A stretch of DNA of 64,000 nucleotides from an uncultured Erysipelotrichaceae bacterium (GCA_902780395.1 CACZFH010000008.1:20278-84277), one strand, 5' to 3'. Shown: positions 1 to 12,311, counted from the first letter of the stretch. The notes: generated by a model not told the origin, from the letters alone. Numbers and translations are program-made.

Positions 1-60
1 TCTTTTTATTGTTGACTAAAAATGTAAAGTATTTTAAAGTTAAAATAGAGAGGTGATAAT

Positions 61-1041
61 ATGAAGAAAAGAATATCAATCTTATTAATACTAGTAGTAG
101 CATTTATGACAATAAATGTTCATGCCGAAGGAGAAGCTTGGCCAAAGGATTATTCCCATGGAGATTTTACCTTTTCTGTAGAGGGAGTTTATTTAAATTT
201 ATATCAAATTAATGAGGCAGATGAAAAGATAACACTAGATGTTGATGAAGGAAATGGTCTTACATCAACAATGACAACAACACAATCTTGGCTAGATTAT
301 GCTAGATATAATTATATAAAGTCAGTTGATTTGATAGCAGATGACTTTACATTTGAGCCAACTTATTCAACAGGAAAGTTAGGAAGTGTGGATACATTAT
401 TTGTAAAAACAAATTTTAGTATCGTAGAAGAAGATTTTGAAGATGTCTTTTTAGACTATATGGATATGGTTGATGAAAATATTAGCTATGTAGTTGATAT
501 TTGTTTGAAATATAAGATTACTAATTACCCATCTAATTATAATCATTTGTATCAACAAGATTTCCTTAGAATGCTTTCCTCAACATCAAGTGTAAATCCA
601 GAGGCTTTTGAGATTAATCCAACTGAAAGTAACTATTATGTAATGGATAGAGTAAAAATTGAATATAATCCTGAAACAGCTGAAGTAGAAGTAAATTATT
701 TAAATTCATTAGAAGATGAAAATCCAGTTCTAAAAACAACTATACTAGGATTAACAACAGAAGCCAAAACATTTAATATTGATTTGGATAAAGATGTATA
801 TAGAATCCTAATTCATAACTTTGATAGTATAGAACCAATAGTAGAAGCATTTAAGGAACCAGAAAGCATTGATGATATGCCAGACAATCCATTCACAGGA
901 TCAAATCCAAATCAAACAGTAGCAATACCAGATACAGGAAAGACAGTACCATTCTTATTATATGGAATTAGTATTATTCTTATCTTAGCTGGTGCTGTTA
1001 TGATTGTAAAGATTATGAAACAACCTAAAAAAGAAGTTTAG
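61..1041 (+). CDS. Secreted acidic surface protein with sortase-like C-terminal sorting signal
   Basis: N-terminal signal peptide (..VHA/EG); C-terminal IPDTG, hydrophobic helix and basic tail (KQPKKEV); RBS gaggtga upstream. Confidence 0.65.
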   Translation: MKKRISILLILVVAFMTINVHAEGEAWPKDYSHGDFTFSVEGVYLNLYQINEADEKITLDVDEGNGLTSTMTTTQSWLDYARYNYIKSVDLIADDFTFEPTYSTGKLGSVDTLFVKTNFSIVEEDFEDVFLDYMDMVDENISYVVDICLKYKITNYPSNYNHLYQQDFLRMLSSTSSVNPEAFEINPTESNYYVMDRVKIEYNPETAEVEVNYLNSLEDENPVLKTTILGLTTEAKTFNIDLDKDVYRILIHNFDSIEPIVEAFKEPESIDDMPDNPFTGSNPNQTVAIPDTGKTVPFLLYGISIILILAGAVMIVKIMKQPKKEV

Positions 1042-1055
1042 ATACTTCTTTTTTT
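1027..1055 (+). terminator. Intrinsic terminator overlapping the stop codon
   Basis: aaaaaagaagt-ttagat-acttctttttt inverted repeat plus T-tract. Confidence 0.7.
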
Positions 1056-1059
1056 GTGA

Positions 1060-3081
<2,022 letters not shown>

Positions 3082-3090
3082 GGAGATTAT

Positions 3091-3606
3091 ATGAAAAAAG
3101 ATAGGAAATGGATTATAGCTAGTATAGTAATTATATTTAGTCTTGTCATAATAATAACAACTAATGTTGCTCACAACGCTAACAAAAAAGAAGAAGAAAT
3201 AAAAGAAATAGAAAAGAAGATTGCCGATACTATGACTATTACCTGCACCAATGAAAATGGCAATGATGGTGTAATAGAAACAGAAGAAGTCTATATTGAA
3301 AAAGGCATTTTAATAACAAGAACCAATACCTATGAATGGTCTAAACCAGAACCAAAAGAAAAAACTTGTGAATACTACACTTTAATGGTAGAAAAACTAA
3401 ATTCTTTGCCAGGAATTACAGGAACAGTTTATTGTAATGAAGCTAAAACCAGTGGAAACGCCCAAATTATCTATACGATTGAAAATGTAAATAGAGAAGA
3501 TGTCAAACTAAAACAATTTGATTATTTAGATGATAATAATACTTTTGATGCTAATGCCTGGAAATATTACATGGAAAACAATAAATATAAGTGTACTTCT
3601 CAATGA
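3091..3606 (+). CDS. Hypothetical membrane-anchored protein
   Basis: Single N-terminal TM helix, 4-Cys extracellular domain, RBS aaggag. Confidence 0.7.
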   Translation: MKKDRKWIIASIVIIFSLVIIITTNVAHNANKKEEEIKEIEKKIADTMTITCTNENGNDGVIETEEVYIEKGILITRTNTYEWSKPEPKEKTCEYYTLMVEKLNSLPGITGTVYCNEAKTSGNAQIIYTIENVNREDVKLKQFDYLDDNNTFDANAWKYYMENNKYKCTSQ

Positions 3607-3610
3607 AACC

Positions 3611-3639
3611 TTTACAACAGAAAGAAAAAATGATATAAT
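3611..3639 (+). promoter_or_regulatory. Sigma-A promoter
   Basis: TTTACA-17bp-TATAAT with extended TG. Confidence 0.65.
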
Positions 3640-3667
3640 AGGCAACATAAAAAAGGGAGATGTTGCC

Positions 3668-4399
3668 ATGTTTGACGAAAGATTTAATAAAAGTGAAGAC
3701 CCTATTATGAATTTAGGAGAAAAAGAAGAAGAATTAATGGATTCTTATAATGCGACAGAAGATGAAGAAAATGAAGAATATGAAGAATTCGTTGAAGCTG
3801 ATGTAGAAGATGAAAAAATTGCTAGAGCTAAAAAAATGATTAATATCTTCTTTACAGTTATTATTATCATTATTGTCGCTATATCAATTGATATAATTGC
3901 AGTCTCACGTTTTAATAAAGGGCCATTTTTTGCTTTACCACTTCATAACTATAATGATGGAGGATCAAAAGCTTACTATGGAATAGGATATAAAGTAATA
4001 AAATATCACCAATTACAAGGAAGAAGAGATAAAGAAATTGGTTTATGGAGTTTAAAATATGATACCGAACCAACTACCATGAAAGATGTTGATCTAGCTA
4101 TTGAGTTTACCGGACATGAAGTAGAATCATTTGAAAAGTATTACAAGAAATTTGTCCGTATCATTTCTACTCTCCATAAAGTAGATGAAAAAAATCACAA
4201 GATTATCATGGGATATCAAGATGAAGATAATAAGTATTCTTTAGATGTAGTATGCCAAATAGTAAAAGATCAAGAGAATATAGCTTCATTTGAAGAAGAA
4301 AAACCAATTACCATAATTGGAACAGTCTCAGATTTTGAATGGGGAACAGGAGAAGGGAACAATCAATTAATAATAACAAATTGTTTCGCAGAACAATAA
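3668..4399 (+). CDS. Membrane protein: acidic cytoplasmic N-terminus, TM helix, DGG..YYGIGYKV domain, probable C-terminal OB-fold (tRNA_anti-like)
   Basis: Start moved to ATG 3668 (RBS aagggag, promoter upstream); C-terminus KYYKKFVRI..VVC..ITIIGTV..IITNC resembles extracellular OB folds. Confidence 0.55.
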   Translation: MFDERFNKSEDPIMNLGEKEEELMDSYNATEDEENEEYEEFVEADVEDEKIARAKKMINIFFTVIIIIIVAISIDIIAVSRFNKGPFFALPLHNYNDGGSKAYYGIGYKVIKYHQLQGRRDKEIGLWSLKYDTEPTTMKDVDLAIEFTGHEVESFEKYYKKFVRIISTLHKVDEKNHKIIMGYQDEDNKYSLDVVCQIVKDQENIASFEEEKPITIIGTVSDFEWGTGEGNNQLIITNCFAEQ

Positions 4400-4430
4400 A
4401 AAGAGAATGCAAGAAAAGCATTCTTTTCTT
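4399..4430 (+). terminator. Intrinsic terminator
   Basis: agagaatgc/gcattcttt stem followed by T-rich tract. Confidence 0.6.
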
Positions 4431-4476
4431 ATGAAATTATGATATAATAATGAATGTTATGAAAGGAGTTTTTTTA

Positions 4477-4785
4477 ATGAAAGATGAACTATCAAGAGAA
4501 GAAGTATTACATGTTGCAGAACTTGCACGTATTTCCTTAACTGAGGAGGAAATTAAAAAGTATCAAGTAGAATTAAAAAAACTTTTAAATGAAGTTGAAA
4601 AGATAAATGATGTAGAAGGATATGACGATGAAATCTTAATAGCTAATTGGGATTCTAATGCTGAATTAAGAAAAGATATCGCAGGGGATATGTTAAATCC
4701 TAAAGAAGTGCTTGAAAATGCACCTCGTCATGCAGGCAATTATATTGAAGTACCAGTAGTAATTAGTGATGGGGAGGGTGCTTAA
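4477..4785 (+). CDS. gatC: Asp/Glu-tRNA amidotransferase subunit C
   Basis: EEVLHVAELARI and LENAP..VP motifs; directly precedes gatA; start at ATG 4477 after aaaggag. Confidence 0.93.
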   Translation: MKDELSREEVLHVAELARISLTEEEIKKYQVELKKLLNEVEKINDVEGYDDEILIANWDSNAELRKDIAGDMLNPKEVLENAPRHAGNYIEVPVVISDGEGA

Positions 4786-4786
4786 T

Positions 4787-6244
4787 ATGAAATATTTAAA
4801 TAAAAGTATTACAGAAATACATGAATTATTAAAGAGTAAAAAGCTTAAGCCAATTGATTTAGTAGAAGAAGCCTTTGCAAATATTGAAAATAATAAAGAA
4901 TATAATGCTTATATTACTTTAAATAAAGAAGAAGCAATAAAGCAAGCTAAAGAGTTAGAATCTAAAGAAGTAGATAACTTATTATTTGGTCTTCCAATAG
5001 CAGTAAAAGATAATATTGTAACTAAAGGATTACTAACAACATGTGGTTCTCACATGCTAGATAATTTTGTACCTATTTATGATGCTACTGTAGTAGAAAA
5101 ATTAAAAGAAAAAAATATGATTATTATTGGTAAGACTAATATGGATGAATTTGGTATGGGTTCATCTTCTCGTACTAGTTATTTTGGTGCTCCTAAAAAT
5201 CCTTGGGATAAAACCAAAATTGCTGGAGGTTCATCTGGTGGTTCTGCTACAACTATTTCCTGCCGTGATGTTTTATTTGCTTTAGGAAGTGATACTGGAG
5301 GTTCAATTAGACAACCAGCAAGTTATACAGGAATTGTTGGGATGAAACCAACATATGGTAGAGTATCAAGATATGGCTTAGTTGCTTTTGCCTCAAGTCT
5401 TGATCAAATTGGACCATTGACTAAAAATGTTTATGAAAATGCTGTCCTTTTAAATGCCATTGTTGGTAAAGATGAAAAAGATCTAACTTCAGCCAGAAAA
5501 AAAGAGGAAGACTTTACTAGATTAATAGGAGAAGATATTAAAGGTATGAAAATAGCTGTACCTAACTACTTAATGAGTGATATTGTCTCTCCTGAAATAA
5601 TTTCTAAGATTAAAGATACTATCAAAGTATTAGAAAAGAATGGTGCTAAGGTTGATTATGTTGATGTAAAATATCTTGATAAAGCTATGACTCTTTATCA
5701 AATAATTGCTATGGGAGAAGCTAGTTCTAATTTAGCCAGATTTGATGGTATTAGATATGGCCATTCTAAAGAAAATCCTAAAGATATTCAAGAATTGTAT
5801 TTTGAAACAAGAGCAGAAGGCTTTGGTGAAGAAGTTAAACGTCGTATAATGGTTGGTTCATACTTACTAAGCGGCGAAAATGCCAAAATCTATTATAATA
5901 AAGCCTTATCAATTAGAGATGATATGAAAAAGGAATTTATTAATGTCTTTAAAAATTATGATTTAATTATTGGCCCAACTACAACAACAACAGCTTATAA
6001 CCTAGATGATCCAATGGATGATCCATTAAAATCATTCATGGATGATGTTTTAGTAATACCAGTAAATATGGCTGGATTACCTGGCCTAAATTTACCAGTT
6101 GGTTTTGATAAAAATCATATGCCTATTGGTATGCATATTATTGGTAATGCTTTTGAAGAAGCTAAAATCTATCAACTAGCAAGTTTTATTGAAAAAGAAC
6201 TTAATTTAGATTTAGAACCATTTGGAGGTGAAAATAATGAGTAA
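4787..6244 (+). CDS. gatA: Asp/Glu-tRNA amidotransferase subunit A
   Basis: Amidase signature GGSSGGS, GSDTGGSIRQPAS, SSNLARFDGIRYG. Confidence 0.97.
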   Translation: MKYLNKSITEIHELLKSKKLKPIDLVEEAFANIENNKEYNAYITLNKEEAIKQAKELESKEVDNLLFGLPIAVKDNIVTKGLLTTCGSHMLDNFVPIYDATVVEKLKEKNMIIIGKTNMDEFGMGSSSRTSYFGAPKNPWDKTKIAGGSSGGSATTISCRDVLFALGSDTGGSIRQPASYTGIVGMKPTYGRVSRYGLVAFASSLDQIGPLTKNVYENAVLLNAIVGKDEKDLTSARKKEEDFTRLIGEDIKGMKIAVPNYLMSDIVSPEIISKIKDTIKVLEKNGAKVDYVDVKYLDKAMTLYQIIAMGEASSNLARFDGIRYGHSKENPKDIQELYFETRAEGFGEEVKRRIMVGSYLLSGENAKIYYNKALSIRDDMKKEFINVFKNYDLIIGPTTTTTAYNLDDPMDDPLKSFMDDVLVIPVNMAGLPGLNLPVGFDKNHMPIGMHIIGNAFEEAKIYQLASFIEKELNLDLEPFGGENNE

Positions 6245-7658
6245 TTATATTCCAACGATTGGTGTAGAAGTCCATGTTGAATTAAAAACTAAAACCAAGA
6301 TATTTTCTAATTCTACAAATGGTTATGGTCAAATGGCAAATTCTTTAACTAATGTTATTGACTTGGGCTATCCAGGAACTCTTCCAACCTTAAATGAAGA
6401 AGTAATTAACTTAGGTATTAAAGCTGCCACTATCCTTAATTGTAAAATAAGAAAAGTAATGCACTTTGATCGTAAAAACTATTTTTATCCTGACAATCCT
6501 AAAAATTATCAAATTACTCAGGCAAGAACTCCAATTGGTTATGATGGCTATGTTGAAATAAATGTTAATGGAGAAAGTAAAAAAATATATATTGAAGAGA
6601 TGCACATTGAAGAAGATACTTGTAAAAGTGCTCATCGCGGAACAAAAACACTTCTAGACTTTAATAGAGCTGGAGTACCACTTATTGAGATAGTTACTAA
6701 ACCATGTATAAGTAGTGGGGAAGAAGTAAAACTATACCTAGAAAAATTGAGAGAATTATTATCATATGGTGAAATCAGTGACTGCAAAATTGAGGAAGGC
6801 TCAATGCGTGCTGATGTTAACGTTTCAATTCGTAAGAATGAGACTGATCCATTTGGAACAAAAGCCGAAATTAAAAATATTGGCTCTATTTCCAATGCAA
6901 AATTAGGTGTTGAAAAAGAAATAGAAAGACAAACAAAGCTATATGATAATGGAGAAACATTCAAACCACAAACTAGAAGGTTTGATGATAAAATAGGTGA
7001 TACAGTTTTAATGCGTATAAAAGAAACTGGAAATGATTATAGATATTTTCCAGAACCAGATATTCCTTTTGTCGTTTTAACAGATGAAATGATAAATAAT
7101 GTAGTAGAGACTCTTCCAATGTTACCAGATGAAAGACGAAAAAAATATCAGGAGCTTGGAATAAGCGAATTAAATGCTAATAAACTAGTTGCTAACAGAC
7201 CATTAAGTGATTATATGAATACTCTTTTAACTGAAAAAACTAACCATAAAATAGCTAGTAATTTACTTTTAGGTGATATTTCAGCTTATCTAAATCGAAC
7301 TGAAAAAGATATTAAAGAAACAACTCTTACTAAAGAAAGATTCTTAGAATTAATTAGTTTACTAGAAAAAGAAACATTAACAAGTAAAAACCTAAAAGAT
7401 ATTTTAGATACAGTTATGGAAAGTGATACTTCAATTAAAGATATCATCAAAGAAAAAGGTATAGAAAATATTACAGATGATACTGAAATAAGAAATGTAA
7501 TTAAAGAAATAATTTCAAATAATCCAGATAGTGTTAATGACTATCATAATGGACATGATAGAGCCATAAAATACTTAATGGGACAGGTTATGAAAGAAAC
7601 AAAAGGAAAAGCAAATCCTAAGTTAGCTATGGATATTTTAACGGAAGAATTGAACTAA
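6237..7658 (+). CDS. gatB: Asp/Glu-tRNA amidotransferase subunit B
   Basis: IGVEVHVEL, FDRKNYFYPD, DFNRAGVPLIEIVT, DYRYFPEPD. Confidence 0.97.
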   Translation: MSNYIPTIGVEVHVELKTKTKIFSNSTNGYGQMANSLTNVIDLGYPGTLPTLNEEVINLGIKAATILNCKIRKVMHFDRKNYFYPDNPKNYQITQARTPIGYDGYVEINVNGESKKIYIEEMHIEEDTCKSAHRGTKTLLDFNRAGVPLIEIVTKPCISSGEEVKLYLEKLRELLSYGEISDCKIEEGSMRADVNVSIRKNETDPFGTKAEIKNIGSISNAKLGVEKEIERQTKLYDNGETFKPQTRRFDDKIGDTVLMRIKETGNDYRYFPEPDIPFVVLTDEMINNVVETLPMLPDERRKKYQELGISELNANKLVANRPLSDYMNTLLTEKTNHKIASNLLLGDISAYLNRTEKDIKETTLTKERFLELISLLEKETLTSKNLKDILDTVMESDTSIKDIIKEKGIENITDDTEIRNVIKEIISNNPDSVNDYHNGHDRAIKYLMGQVMKETKGKANPKLAMDILTEELN

Positions 7659-7665
7659 TTCTACA

Positions 7666-7694
7666 TTGAAAAAGAATATTACTTATTGTATAAT
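7666..7694 (+). promoter_or_regulatory. Sigma-A promoter
   Basis: TTGAAA-17bp-TATAAT. Confidence 0.6.
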
Positions 7695-7716
7695 AAAAAT
7701 ACTAGGATGTGATATT

Positions 7717-8172
7717 ATGAAGTTTATCAAAAAAAATATAAAGAAAATTGTTGCATTAATGGCATTTATACTATTAGTAGCATTTTTATTAATAGCCAAA
7801 GAATTCTTTTACTCATCAGATGCTGGTGCTGTATATGGAAATCGTCTAGAAGGCATTGAAAAAGTAAAAATATCAGAAGAAACAAAAAATAAAGTAAAAG
7901 AATTAATGGGAGATGCATTTACTGATATTAACATTAGATTACAAGGAAGAATTGTCTATATTGATGCTAAAGCTGGAGGTGAATTAGCTCCAGGAGCAGC
8001 TAGAGAGCAAGGAAACAAAGCTTTAGAAGCTTTTTCCGCTGAAGAAAAAGCCTATTATGACATTCAATATATAATTGATAGTGATACTAATACAACAGAA
8101 TATCCAGTTTTAGGTTATAAACATCATTCAAAGGAAAGTATCAATTGGACAAGAGATAGAGCGGTGAATTAA
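7717..8172 (+). CDS. Hypothetical membrane-anchored protein
   Basis: One N-terminal TM helix, YGNRLEGI motif; start moved to ATG 7717 downstream of the promoter; abuts the next gene. Confidence 0.7.
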   Translation: MKFIKKNIKKIVALMAFILLVAFLLIAKEFFYSSDAGAVYGNRLEGIEKVKISEETKNKVKELMGDAFTDINIRLQGRIVYIDAKAGGELAPGAAREQGNKALEAFSAEEKAYYDIQYIIDSDTNTTEYPVLGYKHHSKESINWTRDRAVN

Positions 8173-10212
8173 ATGAAGAAAAGACTATTAATCATAATAC
8201 CCCTTTTAATAGCAGCTATAACTTTCTTTTTTGTATATCGATATTACAATAAAGAAGACAAAACAACAACCCTAACAGTAACAGAAAAAAGATGGGTAGA
8301 AGAAAACAAAGATAAATCTTATGACTTTGAAATAATTAATGATTATCCCTTATATGGAATAAATGGAGAAGGAGTAATCTTTGACTTTATAGAAGACTTT
8401 GAAACCAAAGTAGGAATTGAATTTAATAAAATACCATATTTAAAAACATCTAAACCAACTACGACTAGTTATCGTATATCTATCTTAGATAATGATGAAA
8501 AACTATCTAAAAATGACTTATTTTTATTTAATGATAACTATGTAGCAGTAGGAAAAGTTTATCAAAGAATCAATCATATTGATGAGATGCAAAATATCGT
8601 CTTTGGAGTATTACAAACAGATATCGAAGAAGTAAGCTTTTACTTAAAAAGTGGAACTAATTTATCATATAAAGCTTATGACACAATTACAGATTTGTAC
8701 AAAGCTTTAGATAATGATGAAGTTAATATGATTGTAGTACCTAATATTATGTATTTAGACTATACAATTGAAAAGAATAAATATTCAATCAATTATTATT
8801 TCACAGAAATGAAAAAACAAATTGTATTAACATTATCAGATACTAATAAAAAGCTAAATACCATTATTACTAAATACTATAATAAATGGCGAAAAACAAA
8901 CTATATCAAAGAATATAATGATGCTTATTTAAACTATTATATTGAAAAGAACCAACTAGACGCCAAAACAAAAGCATCTCTAGTATCAAAGAATTATGTA
9001 TATGGATATGTAGAAAATCCTCCATATGAATTAAAAGTAAATGGAAAAGTAGCAGGAATTGCTGGAGAATATATTAATCGTATATCTCGACTAGCCGATA
9101 TTAACTTTAAATATAAAAAATATAATACTAAAAAAGAACTACAAAAAGCTATTGATAAAGGAGAAATAGATGTTTACTTTGATTACTATAATTATAGTAA
9201 TAATGAGTATTTAGAAACATTATCTACCTTTATTGAAGACTATGTTGTCCTAGGAAGACAAGAAGATAATCATATTGTTAATTCCTTTGAAAGCTTAAAA
9301 GGACAAGAAATTGTTATGCTAAAAGGAGATTCACTTTATAATTATTTTTCAAACAACTCTAGAGCTGATATTAAAGAATATAATAGTTTAGATAAAATGA
9401 TTAAAAATGCTAAAGATAGAATGATTGTAGTAGATAGAGAAATTTATGCTTATTATCAAAATAATAAATTTAAAAATCTAAAATTACTATATCAAGATAC
9501 CATGATGAATGATTATAAATTTAGAGTTAAAAATAATAATGAGGCTTTCTTTGACTTATTTAACTATATTATTAATACTAATTCATATTATAATTATCGT
9601 AATTCTGGAATAGCTAATATGAAAGCATCTATCTTAGAAGATTCTACTCTAGAGCAAGTATATACCATAACATTAGCCATGATATTTATTCCAATTATCG
9701 TGATTGCTCTAATTCTATTGTTTATCAAGAAGAAAAAGCAAGTTAAAAAAGTAAAAATCCAAGATAGACATAAATATACAGACATGTTAACTTCTTTAAA
9801 GAATAGAAACTATTTAAATGCTAAAATGAAAGAATGGGAAGATTGTGAAGTATTCCCTCAATCAATTGTTATGGTTGATTTAAACAACGTAAAATATGTC
9901 AATGATAATTATGGTCATGAAGAAGGGGATCAATTAATAATTAAGGCAGCTGGCATATTAGTTAACACTCAATTAGAAAATAGTGAAATAATTAGAACTG
10001 ATGGTAATGAATTCCTAATATATTTGGTAGGATATAGTGAAAGGCAAATTAGCACATACACCAAAAAATTAGCCAAAGAAATGAAAGGTCTTCCACATGA
10101 ATTTGGTGCAGCAGTTGGATTTAGCATGATTACCGATGAGATTAAAACACTAGATGACGCAATTAATGAAGCAACTCTAGAGATGATAACTAACAAAGAA
10201 GATTATAAATAA
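8173..10212 (+). CDS. Membrane sensor with tandem extracellular solute-binding (SBP family 3-like) domains and degenerate GGDEF domain
   Basis: Two TM helices flanking a large extracellular region (ENPPYE..GIAGEYI); TDMLTSLKNR, DLNNVKYVNDNYGHEEGD, RTDGNEF. Confidence 0.85.
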   Translation: MKKRLLIIIPLLIAAITFFFVYRYYNKEDKTTTLTVTEKRWVEENKDKSYDFEIINDYPLYGINGEGVIFDFIEDFETKVGIEFNKIPYLKTSKPTTTSYRISILDNDEKLSKNDLFLFNDNYVAVGKVYQRINHIDEMQNIVFGVLQTDIEEVSFYLKSGTNLSYKAYDTITDLYKALDNDEVNMIVVPNIMYLDYTIEKNKYSINYYFTEMKKQIVLTLSDTNKKLNTIITKYYNKWRKTNYIKEYNDAYLNYYIEKNQLDAKTKASLVSKNYVYGYVENPPYELKVNGKVAGIAGEYINRISRLADINFKYKKYNTKKELQKAIDKGEIDVYFDYYNYSNNEYLETLSTFIEDYVVLGRQEDNHIVNSFESLKGQEIVMLKGDSLYNYFSNNSRADIKEYNSLDKMIKNAKDRMIVVDREIYAYYQNNKFKNLKLLYQDTMMNDYKFRVKNNNEAFFDLFNYIINTNSYYNYRNSGIANMKASILEDSTLEQVYTITLAMIFIPIIVIALILLFIKKKKQVKKVKIQDRHKYTDMLTSLKNRNYLNAKMKEWEDCEVFPQSIVMVDLNNVKYVNDNYGHEEGDQLIIKAAGILVNTQLENSEIIRTDGNEFLIYLVGYSERQISTYTKKLAKEMKGLPHEFGAAVGFSMITDEIKTLDDAINEATLEMITNKEDYK

Positions 10213-10223
10213 AAGGTGAGGAC

Positions 10224-11033
10224 ATGGAAAAAGCAAGAGATTTTATAGTAAAAGTACTCAAACTGTTAATGATGCCAGAAATGAGGATACTACCAGGCCA
10301 TCTTGCTTTTTTTCTTGTCATTACATTAATCCCTTTAATAGCCCTAATTGCTACAATTGCAGCATCATTATCTATTTCTACAGAAGCAATTAGATTAGCC
10401 ATATTAGAATATGTCCCAAGTGGTATAGGTGATGTATTAAATAGTATTATTACAGGAGATGGAATAAACTTTAATATTATAGTATTTTTTATTTCGGCTT
10501 TTCTTTTAGCATCTAATGGTACCTACTCCATGATAAACTCTTCTAATGAGATTTATAAAGCTCATCCTAGAAACATGTTAAGTAGAAGACTAAAAGCTAT
10601 TGTCATGACATTTATATTGGTAAGTCTATTTTTATTCTTATTTTTAATTCCTGTTTTTGGAAATACATTATTTGAAATAATCAATAAAATTACCGGTAAT
10701 AATACAGTCATAAGAATAATCCAAGAAATGTTTAAAATATTAAAATATCCAATTATTTTTTTAATACTATATATTAATATAAAAATAATGTATGTTATGG
10801 CACCAGATCAAGAAATACCAGGAAAAACAACTAATAAAGGAGCTCTATTTACTGCTATTGGTTGGGTATTATCAACAGAAATATTTACCTTTTACATTGA
10901 AAGATTTGCCAGATATGATATATTCTATGGAGGTATTTCTAATATCCTGGTACTATTATTATGGGTTTATTTATTATCATATATATTCGTCCTAGGAATG
11001 GTTATAAATGCCAGTAATTACAAAGAAGAGTAG
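10224..11033 (+). CDS. YihY/BrkB family membrane protein
   Basis: Six TM helices, LAFF..IP, YDIFYGGISNILVLLLWVYL. Confidence 0.85.
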   Translation: MEKARDFIVKVLKLLMMPEMRILPGHLAFFLVITLIPLIALIATIAASLSISTEAIRLAILEYVPSGIGDVLNSIITGDGINFNIIVFFISAFLLASNGTYSMINSSNEIYKAHPRNMLSRRLKAIVMTFILVSLFLFLFLIPVFGNTLFEIINKITGNNTVIRIIQEMFKILKYPIIFLILYINIKIMYVMAPDQEIPGKTTNKGALFTAIGWVLSTEIFTFYIERFARYDIFYGGISNILVLLLWVYLLSYIFVLGMVINASNYKEE

Positions 11034-11076
11034 GATTTAAATATAATAAATAAAGTATAAAGAAGGAGAGAATAAT

Positions 11077-11454
11077 ATGAATAAAGAAGAAGCAAAAAAA
11101 ATTGATATTTTATTTAGTAAAGGATTAGATTCAGCAATTGAATATCTAGAAGAATGTAGACAAAGAGGAGAAAATGTTTACATAGATTTCAATGGACATT
11201 ACCTATATTCTGCTGACATTACAGTAGATGGTGCTTATTTAGAAGTGGTAGGAATGACAAAAAAAGAAGACGAATCGATAAGAGAACAAATGAAGTATGC
11301 TACAACAAAAGAAGAACGAGACAGACTTATTAAAGAATGGGGAGACATCAAAAAAAGACATGCAGATGAAGCAAAAAAAAGAGAATTAAATGAAATGATG
11401 AATGATGCTTCTCAGGAAAAAACGGATGAAAAAAGCAAAATAAGTAATTTATAA
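11077..11454 (+). CDS. Hypothetical cytoplasmic protein
   Basis: Strong RBS aaggag; FNGHYLYSADITVD motif; followed by terminator hairpin. Confidence 0.7.
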   Translation: MNKEEAKKIDILFSKGLDSAIEYLEECRQRGENVYIDFNGHYLYSADITVDGAYLEVVGMTKKEDESIREQMKYATTKEERDRLIKEWGDIKKRHADEAKKRELNEMMNDASQEKTDEKSKISNL

Positions 11455-11575
11455 ATTGCAAAGACACTACAAAGGATAATGGTAGTGCCTTTTTTTGATA
11501 TCACAGAAGAATAATCTTCTTTTTTATTGTATTTATTATTTGTTAATAGTAAAATATTAAATCAGGTGACATAAT

Positions 11576-12289
11576 ATGATTAAAGATCTTTATAAAATAA
11601 TTAATATTCACTCATTTGATAATCCTAAAGAGAATCCTGAAATAATATCTTTATATGATTTAGCTATCATCTTAACAAAGAAAAAGGAAGAATTTGCGAA
11701 TAAAGAAAAACAAAATAATTTGTTATTATATTATATAATTTGTGATAATTATAAATTATTTTTTGAAAGCTTTGATTTTACTAAAGAGAAAATAACTTTT
11801 AGAATTAGGCGTATAGGAGATATGAGTAATATCTATGGACATATTAGCTTTACCAAGAACAATCAAGGATTAATTATGACAGACATAGATACACTTACCA
11901 AAATTAATATACATAATCCTTTTTTAAAAGAAACTATATCCCATTATTATGATTTTCTTTTAAATAATAAAGACTATTATCTAAGAACATATATAATTAG
12001 ATTCTTATCTGCAAATATTCAAGTTTCCATATCAAAAGATGATATAACGATATTTGATGATAATTATAAGATAAAAGCAAATATTAATACAAATCGATAT
12101 GAATGTAATTTTAATATAGTAGAAGCATTTGAGGATGAAAGTCATAATAGAGAAGTATTAAAAGACTTATTAATAAATAAAGATAAACTCTTTAAAAGTA
12201 TCTATGTACCTATAGAAGGTTGCCCTAAATGGTGTCAAAAAGAGATAAAAGCTAGTCAAAAAGAATCAGTAAAGACTTATTCAAAATGA
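11576..12289 (+). CDS. Hypothetical protein, probable paralog of 55533..56354
   Basis: RBS aggtgac; own terminator at 12271-12301; shared motifs described in findings. Confidence 0.65.
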   Translation: MIKDLYKIINIHSFDNPKENPEIISLYDLAIILTKKKEEFANKEKQNNLLLYYIICDNYKLFFESFDFTKEKITFRIRRIGDMSNIYGHISFTKNNQGLIMTDIDTLTKINIHNPFLKETISHYYDFLLNNKDYYLRTYIIRFLSANIQVSISKDDITIFDDNYKIKANINTNRYECNFNIVEAFEDESHNREVLKDLLINKDKLFKSIYVPIEGCPKWCQKEIKASQKESVKTYSK

Positions 12290-12311
12290 ATGAGTCTTTT
12301 TCTTGTGATTA

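Noticed and set aside
4400-4476. T-box leader for gatCAB
   Set aside because: The gap is too short and holds only a terminator, an extended -10 and an RBS
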